Shown here piece by piece: positions 17,945 through 28,007 of a stretch of DNA of 64,000 nt (its first letter is position 1; every line of letters begins with the position of its first letter). The position numbers and the translations under genes were made by a program. Below the pieces are notes generated by a model. The model worked only from the letters and a program-made list of their open reading frames with translations, was not told the origin of the DNA and searched no databases. The stretch spans positions 1,472,001-1,536,000 of the forward strand of contig CAVOXA010000010.1 in the NCBI GenBank assembly GCA_963700285.1, in the 5' to 3' direction. Source of the stretch: an uncultured Chloroflexia bacterium. Its GTDB lineage: Bacteria > Chloroflexota > Anaerolineae > JAAYZQ01.

Positions 17945-20057
17945 GGCCCGGTGGGCGGCGATTCGCCGCCGATCCCGCCTGCCAGCCTTTGCGGCGGTCA
18001 TCCAACGGCTGCAAGATGCCGTCGCGGAATTCGAGGCGCGGCCGGTTGCCTTGCCGGAAAAGCCTGGCGGTTACTATCACGATTATTTCTGCCCGGAGCA
18101 TGGCGTCCAGCTTGTCTTTGACCCGGCAATGGCAGCCGAGCACCGCTGTCCGGTCGATGGCGCGCGGTACCAGGGCGAGCGCTACGATGCTGCCTGGCGC
18201 TGGTTCGCCAACGAACGACTGTCCCAGGCTGCCCTGAACTCTGCGCTGCTTTGGCGCTTGGATGAGGAAAATCGATCCCATCTGTTCAGGGTCACCGAGA
18301 TCCTTATGGGCTATGCTGCCCGATATGGACGCTATCGAAGCGACCTGCAGGAGCGTCCAAACCCGGGCGTCGCCACCTATACCACGCTTGACGAGTCCGT
18401 CTGGCTGCTGCCCCTCGTCCGGGCCTTTGACATGGTGCGCGGGGCCTTGCCGCCAGGCAAGGCCCGGGACATAACCAGCCGGCTGTTCGCCCCGGCCGCC
18501 GAGCATCTGGTCCGGCATCACTACCGCGGCATCCACAATTTCGCCTGCTGGCACAACGCGGCCATCGGCACGGTAGGACTGGTTCTCGGCCGTGAGGATT
18601 TGGTTGACCTGGCCATCCATGGCGAGTATGGCTTTGAGGCACAGGCTCGCGAGGGGGTTCTGGCCGATGGTCTGTGGTATGAGGGCTCGTTCAGCTACCA
18701 CTTTTACGCGCTGGCGGCAATGGCAGCCCAGGCTCAGGCTGCCCGCCACGTCCCCGGCTTTGACCTGCACAAGCATCCCGTGCTGCAAGCCATGCTGCGG
18801 GCGCCCCTTGCCTGCGCCTACCCGGATGGCTCCTTGCCAGCGACCAACGACTGCTGGTACTTTACCAGCCTGGTGGCAGACTGCTGCCACGGCGTGCCGC
18901 CGGCTGCGGCCTTCTATGAGCTGGGATGGGCCTGGTACGGCGATCCACGCTTTGCCCAGATACTCCACCTCGCCTACGAGCAAGGGCCGCGCGACAGCGT
19001 GGAGGCGCTGCTCTTTGGCCGGGAGACGATCCCCCAGGCTGAACTGGCGCCTCAGCCCAGCGCCCACCTACCCTATTCGGGTTATGTCATCTTGCGCCCA
19101 TCTGCGACCGCACATTCTGCGGAACAGCAGGTTCTCCTGCTGAAATACGGCCCCCATGGTGGCAGGCATGGCCACCCCGACAAGCTGAGCCTGAGCCTTT
19201 TTGCCCATGGGCGCCGCTGGTCGCCCGACCTGGGCACGCCGGGCTATGGCTTGGAGCTATTCGAGACCTGGTACCGCCAGACGATCAGTCACAATACGGT
19301 GACGATCGACGGTCTCTCGCAGCCGGCGGCCCGGGGATATGCCTGTGCCTTCCGCGGCGAGGGGGAATTCCAGGTGGCGGACGCGGCTGTAGCCTGGGAG
19401 GAGGGAACCTATGCCGGGGTCACCATGCGGCGCGTTGTCTTGGCCCGGCGCGCCAGGGTGGCACGGTCCGGCTATTACCTGGACCTGTTCCTGGTGCAGG
19501 CCGGCCGGAGACGGCGCATGGATTGGATCTGTCGGAGCAGGGGGGCGTGCGACTCGGACCTGGCTCTCGCAGCCAGCGGGACCTTGGACGCCGACGGTGA
19601 GGGCTACCAGCACGTCACAGAGGTACGGCGGGCGGTGGTCGATGGTGACTATACAATCAACTGGCAGTTGGGGGAAGCGGGGCTGATTCTCTTTGCGGCC
19701 GGCGCGCCTGGCTCTGAGATCATCCTCGGTTCGGCGCCTGGCAATCCAGCCACGGAGAGACAATCGCTGCTGATCAGCCGCCGTCACGCCGCGGCCACGG
19801 CCTATCTTGCGGTCTTTTATGTCTATCGTGGACAGCCGGATGTGACTTCGGTCCGTTGGATCGGCCGCGACCTGCTGGGGGCGGGATGGGCAGGCTGCAT
19901 TGTCCAGACCTGCGATGCCCGGGAGTTGTGGTTGATCCGCCTGAGCCCAGACGTAGAACCGGTATTCGAGACCGCCCTGGAGGGCATAGCCGCCCGGTTC
20001 GAGTACACCATTGACTGGCCAACGGGACCGACGACACCCTTTCCCTTTGAGGTATGA
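17925..20057 (+). CDS. heparinase II/III-like / oligo-alginate-lyase-like polysaccharide lyase
   Basis: IHNF, DGLWYEGSFSYHFY, GPHGGRHGHPDKL and SHNTVTIDG. Confidence 0.85.
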   Translation: MTLLIPEARWAAIRRRSRLPAFAAVIQRLQDAVAEFEARPVALPEKPGGYYHDYFCPEHGVQLVFDPAMAAEHRCPVDGARYQGERYDAAWRWFANERLSQAALNSALLWRLDEENRSHLFRVTEILMGYAARYGRYRSDLQERPNPGVATYTTLDESVWLLPLVRAFDMVRGALPPGKARDITSRLFAPAAEHLVRHHYRGIHNFACWHNAAIGTVGLVLGREDLVDLAIHGEYGFEAQAREGVLADGLWYEGSFSYHFYALAAMAAQAQAARHVPGFDLHKHPVLQAMLRAPLACAYPDGSLPATNDCWYFTSLVADCCHGVPPAAAFYELGWAWYGDPRFAQILHLAYEQGPRDSVEALLFGRETIPQAELAPQPSAHLPYSGYVILRPSATAHSAEQQVLLLKYGPHGGRHGHPDKLSLSLFAHGRRWSPDLGTPGYGLELFETWYRQTISHNTVTIDGLSQPAARGYACAFRGEGEFQVADAAVAWEEGTYAGVTMRRVVLARRARVARSGYYLDLFLVQAGRRRRMDWICRSRGACDSDLALAASGTLDADGEGYQHVTEVRRAVVDGDYTINWQLGEAGLILFAAGAPGSEIILGSAPGNPATERQSLLISRRHAAATAYLAVFYVYRGQPDVTSVRWIGRDLLGAGWAGCIVQTCDARELWLIRLSPDVEPVFETALEGIAARFEYTIDWPTGPTTPFPFEV

Positions 20058-20142
20058 ATTGATTCTAGTCGATAGGCCGTGGTGCCTGTACCGAGCCTGC
20101 GGGAGGTTTCCTGGAACAGAATCAACGGCAGGGAGGAAAATG

Positions 20143-21216
20143 ATGCCTTACAACCCCTATGTGCTGCCCAAACTCGAACTGCGCGGCAGCCCGCTTGAGA
20201 TCGGCAGGCAGTTTGGCGAACTGGCCAGGGTACGCGTGTTGCTGCACCTCGCCAACCAGAAGGCGTCCATGGCCGAGTTGTGTCCTGAAAACCCGACGTG
20301 GTGGCGTGAGGAGGTGCCCAAGTATCTGCCAGCCTACGAGGAACTGGCCCCATACTTTGTAGAGGAGATGCGGGGGCTGGCCCAGGGGGCGGGCGTGACG
20401 TTCGAGGACGCGCTCCTACTGAATGTACGGGATGAGGTTCTGACCTCGCTCAAACCCCGGCCTGCAGAGGCCTGCACCTCCTTTGGCTGCAGCGGCGCTG
20501 TGACGCTGGGCGGCCAGCCGATCCTGGGCCAGACAAAGGACACGGCGGCGGTCTCGAGGGATCTCTTTGTGGTGACGGCCGCGTACCAGGAGGGGCGGCC
20601 CGATCTGCTGCAGATGCCCTATGCGGGGGAGTTTGGTGTGTTCGGCCTGAGCAGCAGCGGCATGGCCATCTTTGGCAACTCGCTCTATGTGAGTGGCCGG
20701 CCGGCGGGGGGACTGCCCCTGTCCCTGTTCCGGCGCTTGGTCCTGGAAGCGGACAGCGTCGACGAGGTGATCGCCCTGGTGGAGGAGCGCGGCATTGCCG
20801 CGGTTGGCAACCTGACGGTCGGGGACCGGACGGGGCGGGTGGTGGCCATCGAGAACACGGATCACGGGCACGCCGTGGTCGAGGCTGTGGATGGGGTGCT
20901 GGCCCACGCCAACCACATCAACGACCCTGCCTTGGCCCAGTTCGAGGACTATGAGGAGCCGGAGCGGAGCACATCGGTCCGCCGGCAGCGGCGTCTGGCT
21001 GGGCAGATCGAGGCGGAGCGGGGCCGGCTCACCGCCCCGCTGGCCATGCGCTGCCTGATGGACCACGAGGGTTACCCCGACAGCATCTGCCGCCATGCCA
21101 CGCCGGGCCATGATTTCCAGACGACGGCGGCCATCGTCGTGGAGCCCACGCTGGGCCGGCTGCACGCTGTGCGGGGCTTGCCCTGCCAGGGTTGGCCGGT
21201 GACTTTTTGCCTGTAG
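20143..21216 (+). CDS. C45 family autoproteolytic acyltransferase/peptidase (Ntn hydrolase)
   Basis: EEMRGLAQGAG, cleavage site ACTSF, HANH and DSICRH; GGAGG RBS. Confidence 0.85.
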   Translation: MPYNPYVLPKLELRGSPLEIGRQFGELARVRVLLHLANQKASMAELCPENPTWWREEVPKYLPAYEELAPYFVEEMRGLAQGAGVTFEDALLLNVRDEVLTSLKPRPAEACTSFGCSGAVTLGGQPILGQTKDTAAVSRDLFVVTAAYQEGRPDLLQMPYAGEFGVFGLSSSGMAIFGNSLYVSGRPAGGLPLSLFRRLVLEADSVDEVIALVEERGIAAVGNLTVGDRTGRVVAIENTDHGHAVVEAVDGVLAHANHINDPALAQFEDYEEPERSTSVRRQRRLAGQIEAERGRLTAPLAMRCLMDHEGYPDSICRHATPGHDFQTTAAIVVEPTLGRLHAVRGLPCQGWPVTFCL

Positions 21217-21414
21217 TGCGCACTCTTGAAGAGTGACAACTTGACCGGGTAATGGGGATTTCGTTTGTAGTGCGCGCTTCAGCGCGCTTTCCCTCCTGGG
21301 CGTGGGGCCCCCCTCCCCCCTGCTCCAGGCAGGAAACACGACCTTGTGAGCCGGACATCCCTGTGGTATAATCGGAGCAGACTTTCCAAACAGCCCACCC
21401 GCACGGAGGCTGCC

Positions 21415-24400
21415 ATGCCCGCGTTGACCTGGTTGCACCTGTCGGACCTTCATTTCCGGACGGAGGACCTGCACGCCTGGGACGAGGACCTTGTCCTGCG
21501 CCGGCTGCTGGACGACGTACGGCAGCGCGTGGCCGAGGGGCTGGCCCCCGACCTCATCTTTGTCACGGGCGACCTGGCCTTCAGCGGCGCGCCGGCCGAG
21601 TACGCCCTGGCCCGGGCCTTTTTCGACGACCTGCTGGCGGCGACGGATCTGCCCAAGGACCGCCTCTTCCTGGTGCCCGGCAACCACGACGTGGACCGCA
21701 AGCGATCGGCGTCGGGGCCAGGCGATCGCGCCCAACCTGACCACGCGGGAGGCCGTCAACGAGGTCGCTGGGCGATGCCAGCGGCGCGCCGCGGGTTGCT
21801 GGCCCGGTTCGAGGGCTATGCCGCCTTCGTCAACGACCTACTTCGGCGCACCTGGCCTTCGACGATGCGAGCGCTACTTCTACGTCCGGCGCCTGGACGC
21901 TGGCGGGCGGCGGGTGGCGGTGCTGGGCCTCAACTCGGCCTGGCTGGCCCAGGGCGGCGACGAGGACCGCGGCCAGCCTGGCCCTGGGCGAGCGCCAGGT
22001 GCGGGCGGCGCTGGACGCCGGCCGGGGAGGCCAGCCTGCGCCTGGCGCTGCTGCACCACCCCTTCGACTGGCTGCGCCGACTTCGACCGCGACGACTGCG
22101 AGGCGCTGCTGGCGCGGGCTGCGATTTTGTGCTGCACGGCCACCTGCACCGAGACCGGGCTGACCCTGCAGCAGACCCCCGACGCCCGGGCGATGGTCAT
22201 CGCCGCCGGGGCCGGCTTACGAGACGCGCCGCAGCGCCAACGCCTACAACCTGGTGCGGCTCGACCTGGAGGCCGGGCAGGGGACGGTCTACCTGCGGGC
22301 CTGGAGCGACCGGGGCGGTGGGTTCTGGACCAGGGACGTGCTGACCTACCGGAATGTGCGACGATGGGCGGTACACCTTTCGCATTGGCGCCAGCCGCCG
22401 AGAAGCCGCGCGCGGCCGAAAAGGGCCGGCCGCGACCCGGCCGCTGGCCGGCCACCGGCCAGCGCTACCTGGCGCACCTGCGGACCGCTACCGCTACCTG
22501 GAGTTCAAGGGCATGGGCGTCTCGGACCGGGTGCCCCTGCGGCTGCCCCTGGTCGAGATGTACGTGCCGCTCAAGGCGCGCATCGAGCTGCCCGAGGGCG
22601 AGACCTGGGCGCGGGACCTGCGCCTGGCCGGGCGCGAGGTCAGCGACGAGGAGGCCGAGGCGATGGGCCATCGCCTGAGCGAGCCGCGACCCGTTCTGGA
22701 CCTGCTGCGCGAGCACGACGGCCTGATCATCCTGGGCGATCCCGGCGCGGGCAAGACCACCTTTCTCAAGTACCTGGCCCTGCGGCTGGCGCACGGGCGA
22801 GGGCGAGGCGCTGGGCCTGGGCGACCGCCTGCCGGTGCTGCTGCCCCTGTCGGCCTATGCCAACGCCCTGGCGCGAGCGGGACGTGCCCCTGGACCGCTT
22901 CATCGCCGAGCTACTACCACGACCGGGGCGTGGACCTGCCGCTCGGGCCCCATGCTGGACGAGGCGCTGGCCGAGGGCGGGCGCTGCTGCTGCTGGACGG
23001 CCTGGACGAGGTCCGGGACCTGGCCCAGCGCCACCTGGTGGTGGAGCGGGTGGTCGATTTCTTCGCCTTCCACCGGCGGCAGGGCAACAAGTTCGTCCTC
23101 ACCAGCCGCATCGTCGGCTACCGCGAGGTGCGGCCCGACGGCCGAGGGGCTGGCCGAGTGCACGCTGGTCGATTTCGACGACGAGGAGATCGCCGAGTTT
23201 GTGGACAGGTGGACGGCGGCGCTGGAGCGGGCGGCGCGGGGCGACACGGCCGGTGGCCGCCCAGGAGGCGGAGCGCGAGCGGGAGGAGCTGCTGGCGGCC
23301 GTGCAGCGCAACCCGGGCGTGCGCCGCCTGGCGGCCAACCCGCTGCTGCTGACCATCCTGGCGCTGATGAAGCGCCAGGGCGTGACGCTGCCCGAGCGGC
23401 GGGTCGAGCTGTACCAGAAGTACGTCGAGACGCTGCTCAAGCACTGGAACCTGGCGCGGGGCCTGGGCCGGCCGCCCAGCCGCGACCTGGACGTGGTGGA
23501 GACGGTGCGGGTGCTGGCCCCGCTGGCGCTGTGGATGCACGAGACCAGCCCCGGCGTGGGCCTGGTCAAGCGGGAGGCGATGCGGCGCAAGCTGGACGAG
23601 ATCTATGCCGGGCGGGGCGTCGACGAGCCGGAGCGGGCGGCCCGGCAGTTCCTGGCCGACGTGCGCGAGTACGCCGGGCTGCTGCTGGAGCGGGGGGCGG
23701 GCCAGTACGGCTTTATCCACCTCACCTTCCAGGAGTACCTGGCGGCGGTGGCCACGCCCCGCCGCGGCACTGGCAGGGTGGAGCCCTGCCCCTGGAGCTG
23801 GCCTGGCAGACGGTCGCCCAGTTCCGCGCCTTCGTGGAAGCCAGCGGCTTCCAGCCCGGCGATCCCGACTGCCTGCGCGATCCCGACAGCCGCCCCGTGG
23901 TCTGTGTATCCTGGGACGACGCGCGGGCTTACAGAGTGGGCTGGCCAAGGCCTACCTACCGGGAGGACCTGCCGCCCGAACTGGCCGCCGCCCTGCGGGA
24001 CCGGGGCTGGACGGTGCGATTGCCGACCGAGGCCGAGTGGGAAAAGGCCGCTCGCGGCAGTGATGGTCGGCAGTACCCCTGGGGCGACAGTTGGACGCGA
24101 ACAGGTGCAACTCGTGGAGATCAGGTGTCAGGCAGACATCGCCGGTGGGTCGTTCTTCCCCGGCGGGTGACAGCCCCTGTGGCGCGCTGGATATGGCCGG
24201 AAATGTGTGGGAGTGGTGCCAGAGTCTGTACGAACGTTACCCCTACCGGATGGACGATGGCAGAGAAGATCTGGCAGCTCAGGGCCTCCGGGTGCTGCGG
24301 GGCGGGTCGTGGGACGACGGTCGAGTCGATGCCCGCTGCGCCCTACCGTAGCAGGAGCAATCCCGACATTTGGTACGACGTTGTGGGGGTGCGGTTGGTG

Positions 24401-24427
24401 GTGGCCCCCGTGCGTTCTGATTCCTGA
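21415..24427 (+). pseudogene. metallophosphoesterase + NACHT NTPase + FGE-sulfatase (CLec-fold) protein; many frameshifts and an apparent internal deletion
   Basis: LHLSDLH/TGDLA/PGNHD; Walker A GDPGAGKTT, Walker B LLLLDGLDEV, ANPLLLT, FIHLTFQEYLAA; [24 protein letters not shown] and RVLRGGSW, all spread over several reading frames. Confidence 0.8.
24289..24410 (+). other. candidate DGR variable region (VR) at the 3' end of the CLec domain
   Basis: [38 protein letters not shown]; the variable codons are NNC/NNT (GAC GAC GGT, GTC GAT, AGC, AGC AAT, GAC ATT, TAC GAC GTT), as expected from mutated AAC/AAT. Confidence 0.65.
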
Positions 24428-24467
24428 GTTTCTGACTTCTGTTTTCTGGGGCGAGCGCAGCGAGCCA

Positions 24468-24508
24468 GCGCGCCGCAGGCGCGCCCTGCTTTTCCCGCCG
24501 GAGGCGGG
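24468..24508. promoter_or_regulatory. two GC-rich hairpins with GNA loops downstream of the VR (DGR target-recognition-type stem-loops)
   Basis: GCGCGCC-gca-GGCGCGC (24468-24484) and CCCGCC-gga-GGCGGG (24494-24508). Confidence 0.6.
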
Positions 24509-24538
24509 TCGCCGCCCACGGCTTTGGGGAGGAACCTG

Positions 24539-24655
24539 GTGAAAACCTACCGCAACCTCTACCCCGGGGTGCACGACTTTGAGAACCTGTACCGGGCCTA
24601 CCGCCGGGCGCGCAAAGGCAGGCACGGGCGGGCTCCTTCCGCGAACAGACCCTAA
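24539..24655 (+). pseudogene. N-terminal stub of a DGR-type reverse transcriptase
   Basis: GGAGG RBS plus GTG; MKTYRNLYPGVHDFENLYRAYRRARKGR... resembles RT region 0; the stop codon comes from the REP palindrome. Confidence 0.7.
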
Positions 24656-24680
24656 GGGTTTTCCGAAACCCTTAGGGTCT
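24647..24680. repeat. REP palindrome
   Basis: AGACCCTAAGGGTTT-tccg-AAACCCTTAGGGTCT abutting the RAYT stop codon. Confidence 0.9.
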
Positions 24681-25345
24681 TATGTGTAATCCTCCGCGAT
24701 CAATGGTGCGATCAGGGACTGATCCACCTCCCGGCAGTGGGTAGCCCGGAATCCAGCCACGCCATCGAACCAACCCAACACCGCATCCCGCTGAAGGTGC
24801 GTTGCTTTCTGTGAAAGCATGGCGTGATAGGAAGAGAATTCCCACTCGCGGTAGTCGTCGACAAAGCCGTGCTTCTGCGGGTTGCGGTGGATGTAGGCGA
24901 TGAGCTGGATCAAGTACGCATCAGAAGTCACAGGCTTCCGGCCAAAGGGGTTTTCGAACAGACTCCCGGTCCGTCCATAGGCCTTGTTGACCGCCTTGGC
25001 GTAGGCATTGAACAGGTTTCCGAACTGCTGGCTCGGCTTCTTGGGCTTGAACTCCGCAGGCCAGACCCTAAGGGTTTCCGACGGACCTTTGGTCCGCACC
25101 CTTGGGGTCTCAAGGTTGTGGAAGGCTTCCTTCTGCTCCTCGACCGTCCTGACATACACGAGCAGGTGGAAATGGTTGCGCAGTAGGCAGTAGGCAAAGG
25201 TGTCGGCCACCGGCTCGATGTGCCTGGCATAGAGCGCCAGGAAATGCCGGTAGTTGCGTGCCTCGAAAAAGATGTCCTCCCCGTTGTTGCCCCGGTTGTA
25301 GATGTGGTAGTACTGGCCGTATTCCAGTGGGTTTGGGCTTGTCAT
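24680..25345 (-). mobile_element. REP-associated tyrosine transposase (RAYT, Y1 HUH superfamily)
   Basis: YYHIYNRGNN, AYCLLRNHFHLL (HUH), YAKAVNKAYGRTGSLF, YIHRNP and WEFSSY; flanked by REPs. Confidence 0.9.
25063..25110. repeat. REP palindrome inserted in frame in the RAYT gene
   Basis: AGACCCTAAGGGT...ACCCTTGGGGTCT, 48 bp, with inner hairpin CGGACC-ttt-GGTCCG. Confidence 0.85.
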
Positions 25346-25357
25346 GGTGCTACCCCT

Positions 25358-25391
25358 AGACCCTAAGGGTTTCGGAAAACCCTTAGGGTCT
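25358..25391. repeat. REP palindrome upstream of RAYT
   Basis: AGACCCTAAGGGTTT-cgga-AAACCCTTAGGGTCT, the reverse complement of the copy at 24647. Confidence 0.9.
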
Positions 25392-25399
25392 GTCCTCTC

Positions 25400-25745
25400 T
25401 CACTCTTCCGTAAAGTAATCCATATCGACACGCTTCAGCTCGTAGCTGGCAACCCTAGCCACGCCAATGTCAAAGTCAACCATCAGTTGTGTAAGCGTGT
25501 CACCATCAATCAGCACGATCTTGCTGTCAATCCGTGACACGTACTCGCGGGCTGCCTTGCTGAAAGCCGACGTGGTGATGAAAACTCTCTTTCGCGCGAA
25601 CTTTTGGATCTCTGGCCGGCTGACGGTGTTCTCCCATTTCTTGGCTTGGATGTACACAATGTCCAGACCTAGCCGGTCTTCCTTGATGATCCCATCGATA
25701 CCGCCGTCACCGCTCCTGCCAATTGCCTCACCCGCGTCCTTCCGT
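25400..25745 (-). pseudogene. mrr: Mrr restriction endonuclease, C-terminal fragment
   Basis: GRSGDGGIDGIIKEDRLGLDIVYIQAKKW...VFITTS...IVLIDG...DYFTEE; 5' half missing and a short internal deletion after IQKFA. Confidence 0.85.
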
Positions 25746-25861
25746 TGAGAACCTGTACCGGGCCTACCGCCGGGCGCGCAAGGGCAAGCGGGGGCGGGCT
25801 CCTTCCGCGAACAGACCCTAAGGGTTTTCCGCCGGAGCTCCGGTCCGCACCCTTGGGGTCT
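25745..25861 (+). repeat. second copy of the RT stub plus REP (direct repeat of about 24579-24665)
   Basis: About 87 bp with about 4 mismatches, encoding ENLYRAYRRARKGKRGRA; REP at 25813-25861. Confidence 0.9.
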
Positions 25862-26075
25862 AGCCACCAGTTTCTATTGGTCCGTAGCCCGACCTGTCCT
25901 TGATATACCCGTTTGCTGCGCAGAGAGATTGTAACATAAACAGGACGGCTTGGGAAATCGGGTCACTGGATTGCGACGACGTGCCTGGTCGCTGTCTCAC
26001 CTACCACGCTTCCCGCCCACACCAAATTGGTCCCCCATAGCCCCTATGGTATAATTTCCCCCATCTGGAGACCAA

Positions 26076-28007
26076 ATGTCCGTCATTGACGCAGAACGTA
26101 TCGCCAAAACCTATGAACCCTTTGACATCTTTTGGGACGTGTCGTGCAGCGTCGCCTGGGGGGACCGTATTGCCCTCGTCGGCCGCAACGGCACGGGCAA
26201 GACCACCCTGCTGCAACATCCTGGCCGGGCTGGACGAGCCCAGCCGGCGGCCAGGTGCACCGCGCCCGGGGGCTCCGCATCGGCTACCTGCCCCAGGGGG
26301 CCATGCTGGAGGGCGAGGCTGGCCCCCTCGCAGGACTCGGGGTACAACCTCGTGGCAGGAGATGATGACGGTCTTTGAGCCGCTGCGCGAGATGGAGGGC
26401 CGGCTCCACAGGCTGGAGCTGGAGATGGCGGACCCGGCCCGCACCGACGCGGCCCTGGAGGCCTATGCCCACCTGCGCGACGAATTCGAGTCCCTGGGCG
26501 GCTATACCTACCAGGATCGGGCCAAACATGTGCTGATGGGCCTGGGCTTTCCGCCGGAAGAGCACGACATGCCCCTGGCCCACCTCAGCGGCGGCCAGAA
26601 AACGCGCGCCTTCCTGGCCAAACTGCTGCTCGAGTCCCCGGACCTGCTGCTCCTGGACGAGCCGACCAACCACCTGGACCTGCAGGCCATCGAGTGGCTG
26701 GAGGGCTACCTCAACACCTGGGAGGGCACGGTGGTGTTGGTCGCCCACGACCGCTACTTTATGGACCGGGTGGTGCGCAAGGTGTGGGAGCTGGCCTTTG
26801 GTCGGCTGGAGGACTATGCGGGCAACTATAGCCACTATGTCCAGCAGCGCGCCGAACGCCACGAGCGGCGGCTCAAGGAGTACAAGGCCCAGCAGGCTGT
26901 TTGTCGCCAAGGAGGAGGACTTTATCCGGCGCTACATGGCCGGCCAGCGCACCCGCCAGGCCCAGGGCCGGCTCAAACGCCTGGAACGCTTCAAGCGGGA
27001 CAAGGCGCTGGACCGCCCTCGCGAACAGCACACGCTCAAGCTGCAGCTTCCAGGCCCCGCTGCGCAGCGGCGACAGGGTGATCTGGACCCAGGATCTGGT
27101 GGTGGGCTACGATCCGGAGGCGCCGCTCTTTCACTGCCCCGACCTGGACCTGCGCCGGGGCGAGTGCGTGGCGCTGCTGGGGCCCAACGGCTCGGGCAAG
27201 ACGACCTTTCTCAAGACCATCCTGGGCGAGATCGAGCCGCTGGCGGGCTATGCCCGGCTGGGGGCCAGCCTCAAGATCGGCTATTTTGCCCAGGTGCACG
27301 CCGACCTGGATCCCGCCAAGAGCGTGCTGGACAGCATCCTGGAGGTCAAGAACCTGCCGCTGGGCGAGGCCCGCAGCTTTTTGGCGCGCTTTCTTTTCAG
27401 CGGCGACGACGTGTTCAAGCTCATCGGCGAGCTGTCGGGCGGCGAGCGGAGCCGGGTGGCGCTGGCCAGGCTGGTGATGCAGCGGGCCAACTTTTTGCTG
27501 CTGGACGAGCCGACCAACCATCTGGACATCGCCAGCCAGGAGGTCCTGGAGGAGGTCCTGGACGATTTCGAAGGCACCATCGTGCTGGTGACCCACGACC
27601 GCTACCTGGTGGACCGGCTGGCGACCCAGCTTTGGGTCATCGATCCAAAGACGCAGGCGCTGAGACTGTTCCGGGGCACCTGGGCCGAGTACGTCGAGGC
27701 CCAGAACCGCGCAGCGCAGGCGCCCGAGGTCCGGGAGGTCAGGGACAAGTGGTCCGAGGACCAGCGCCAGGCCCGGCGCGAGGAGCAGCGCTCCCGCCGC
27801 GAGGAAGAGGCCCGCCAGCAGCGCGCCGCCGAGGTCGAGATCGAGATCCACCAGCTCGAAGCCCAGCTCACGGCGCTACAGGACGAGCTGGACGCGGCGA
27901 CGGAGGCCCAGGAGGCCATGCGCCTGCACGAGCTGGGCAGCCTCTATGGCGAGTTGGAAGGCCAGTTGCAGGCAGCGCATCGACCTGTGGGCGGAACTGG
28001 CGGCTGA
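26076..28007 (+). CDS. ABC-F family ATP-binding protein (frameshifted in this sequence)
   Basis: Two ABC cassettes: GRNGTGKTT/LSGGQ/LLLDEPTNHLD and GPNGSGKTT/LSGGE/LLLDEPTNHLD, in different frames; TGGTATAAT extended -10 upstream. Confidence 0.88.

Noticed and set aside
24428-26075. A complete DGR (TR, avd, full RT) or a group II intron/retron
   Set aside because: No AAC-rich template repeat, no Avd ORF and no RT catalytic YxDD region were found; only N-terminal stubs are present.
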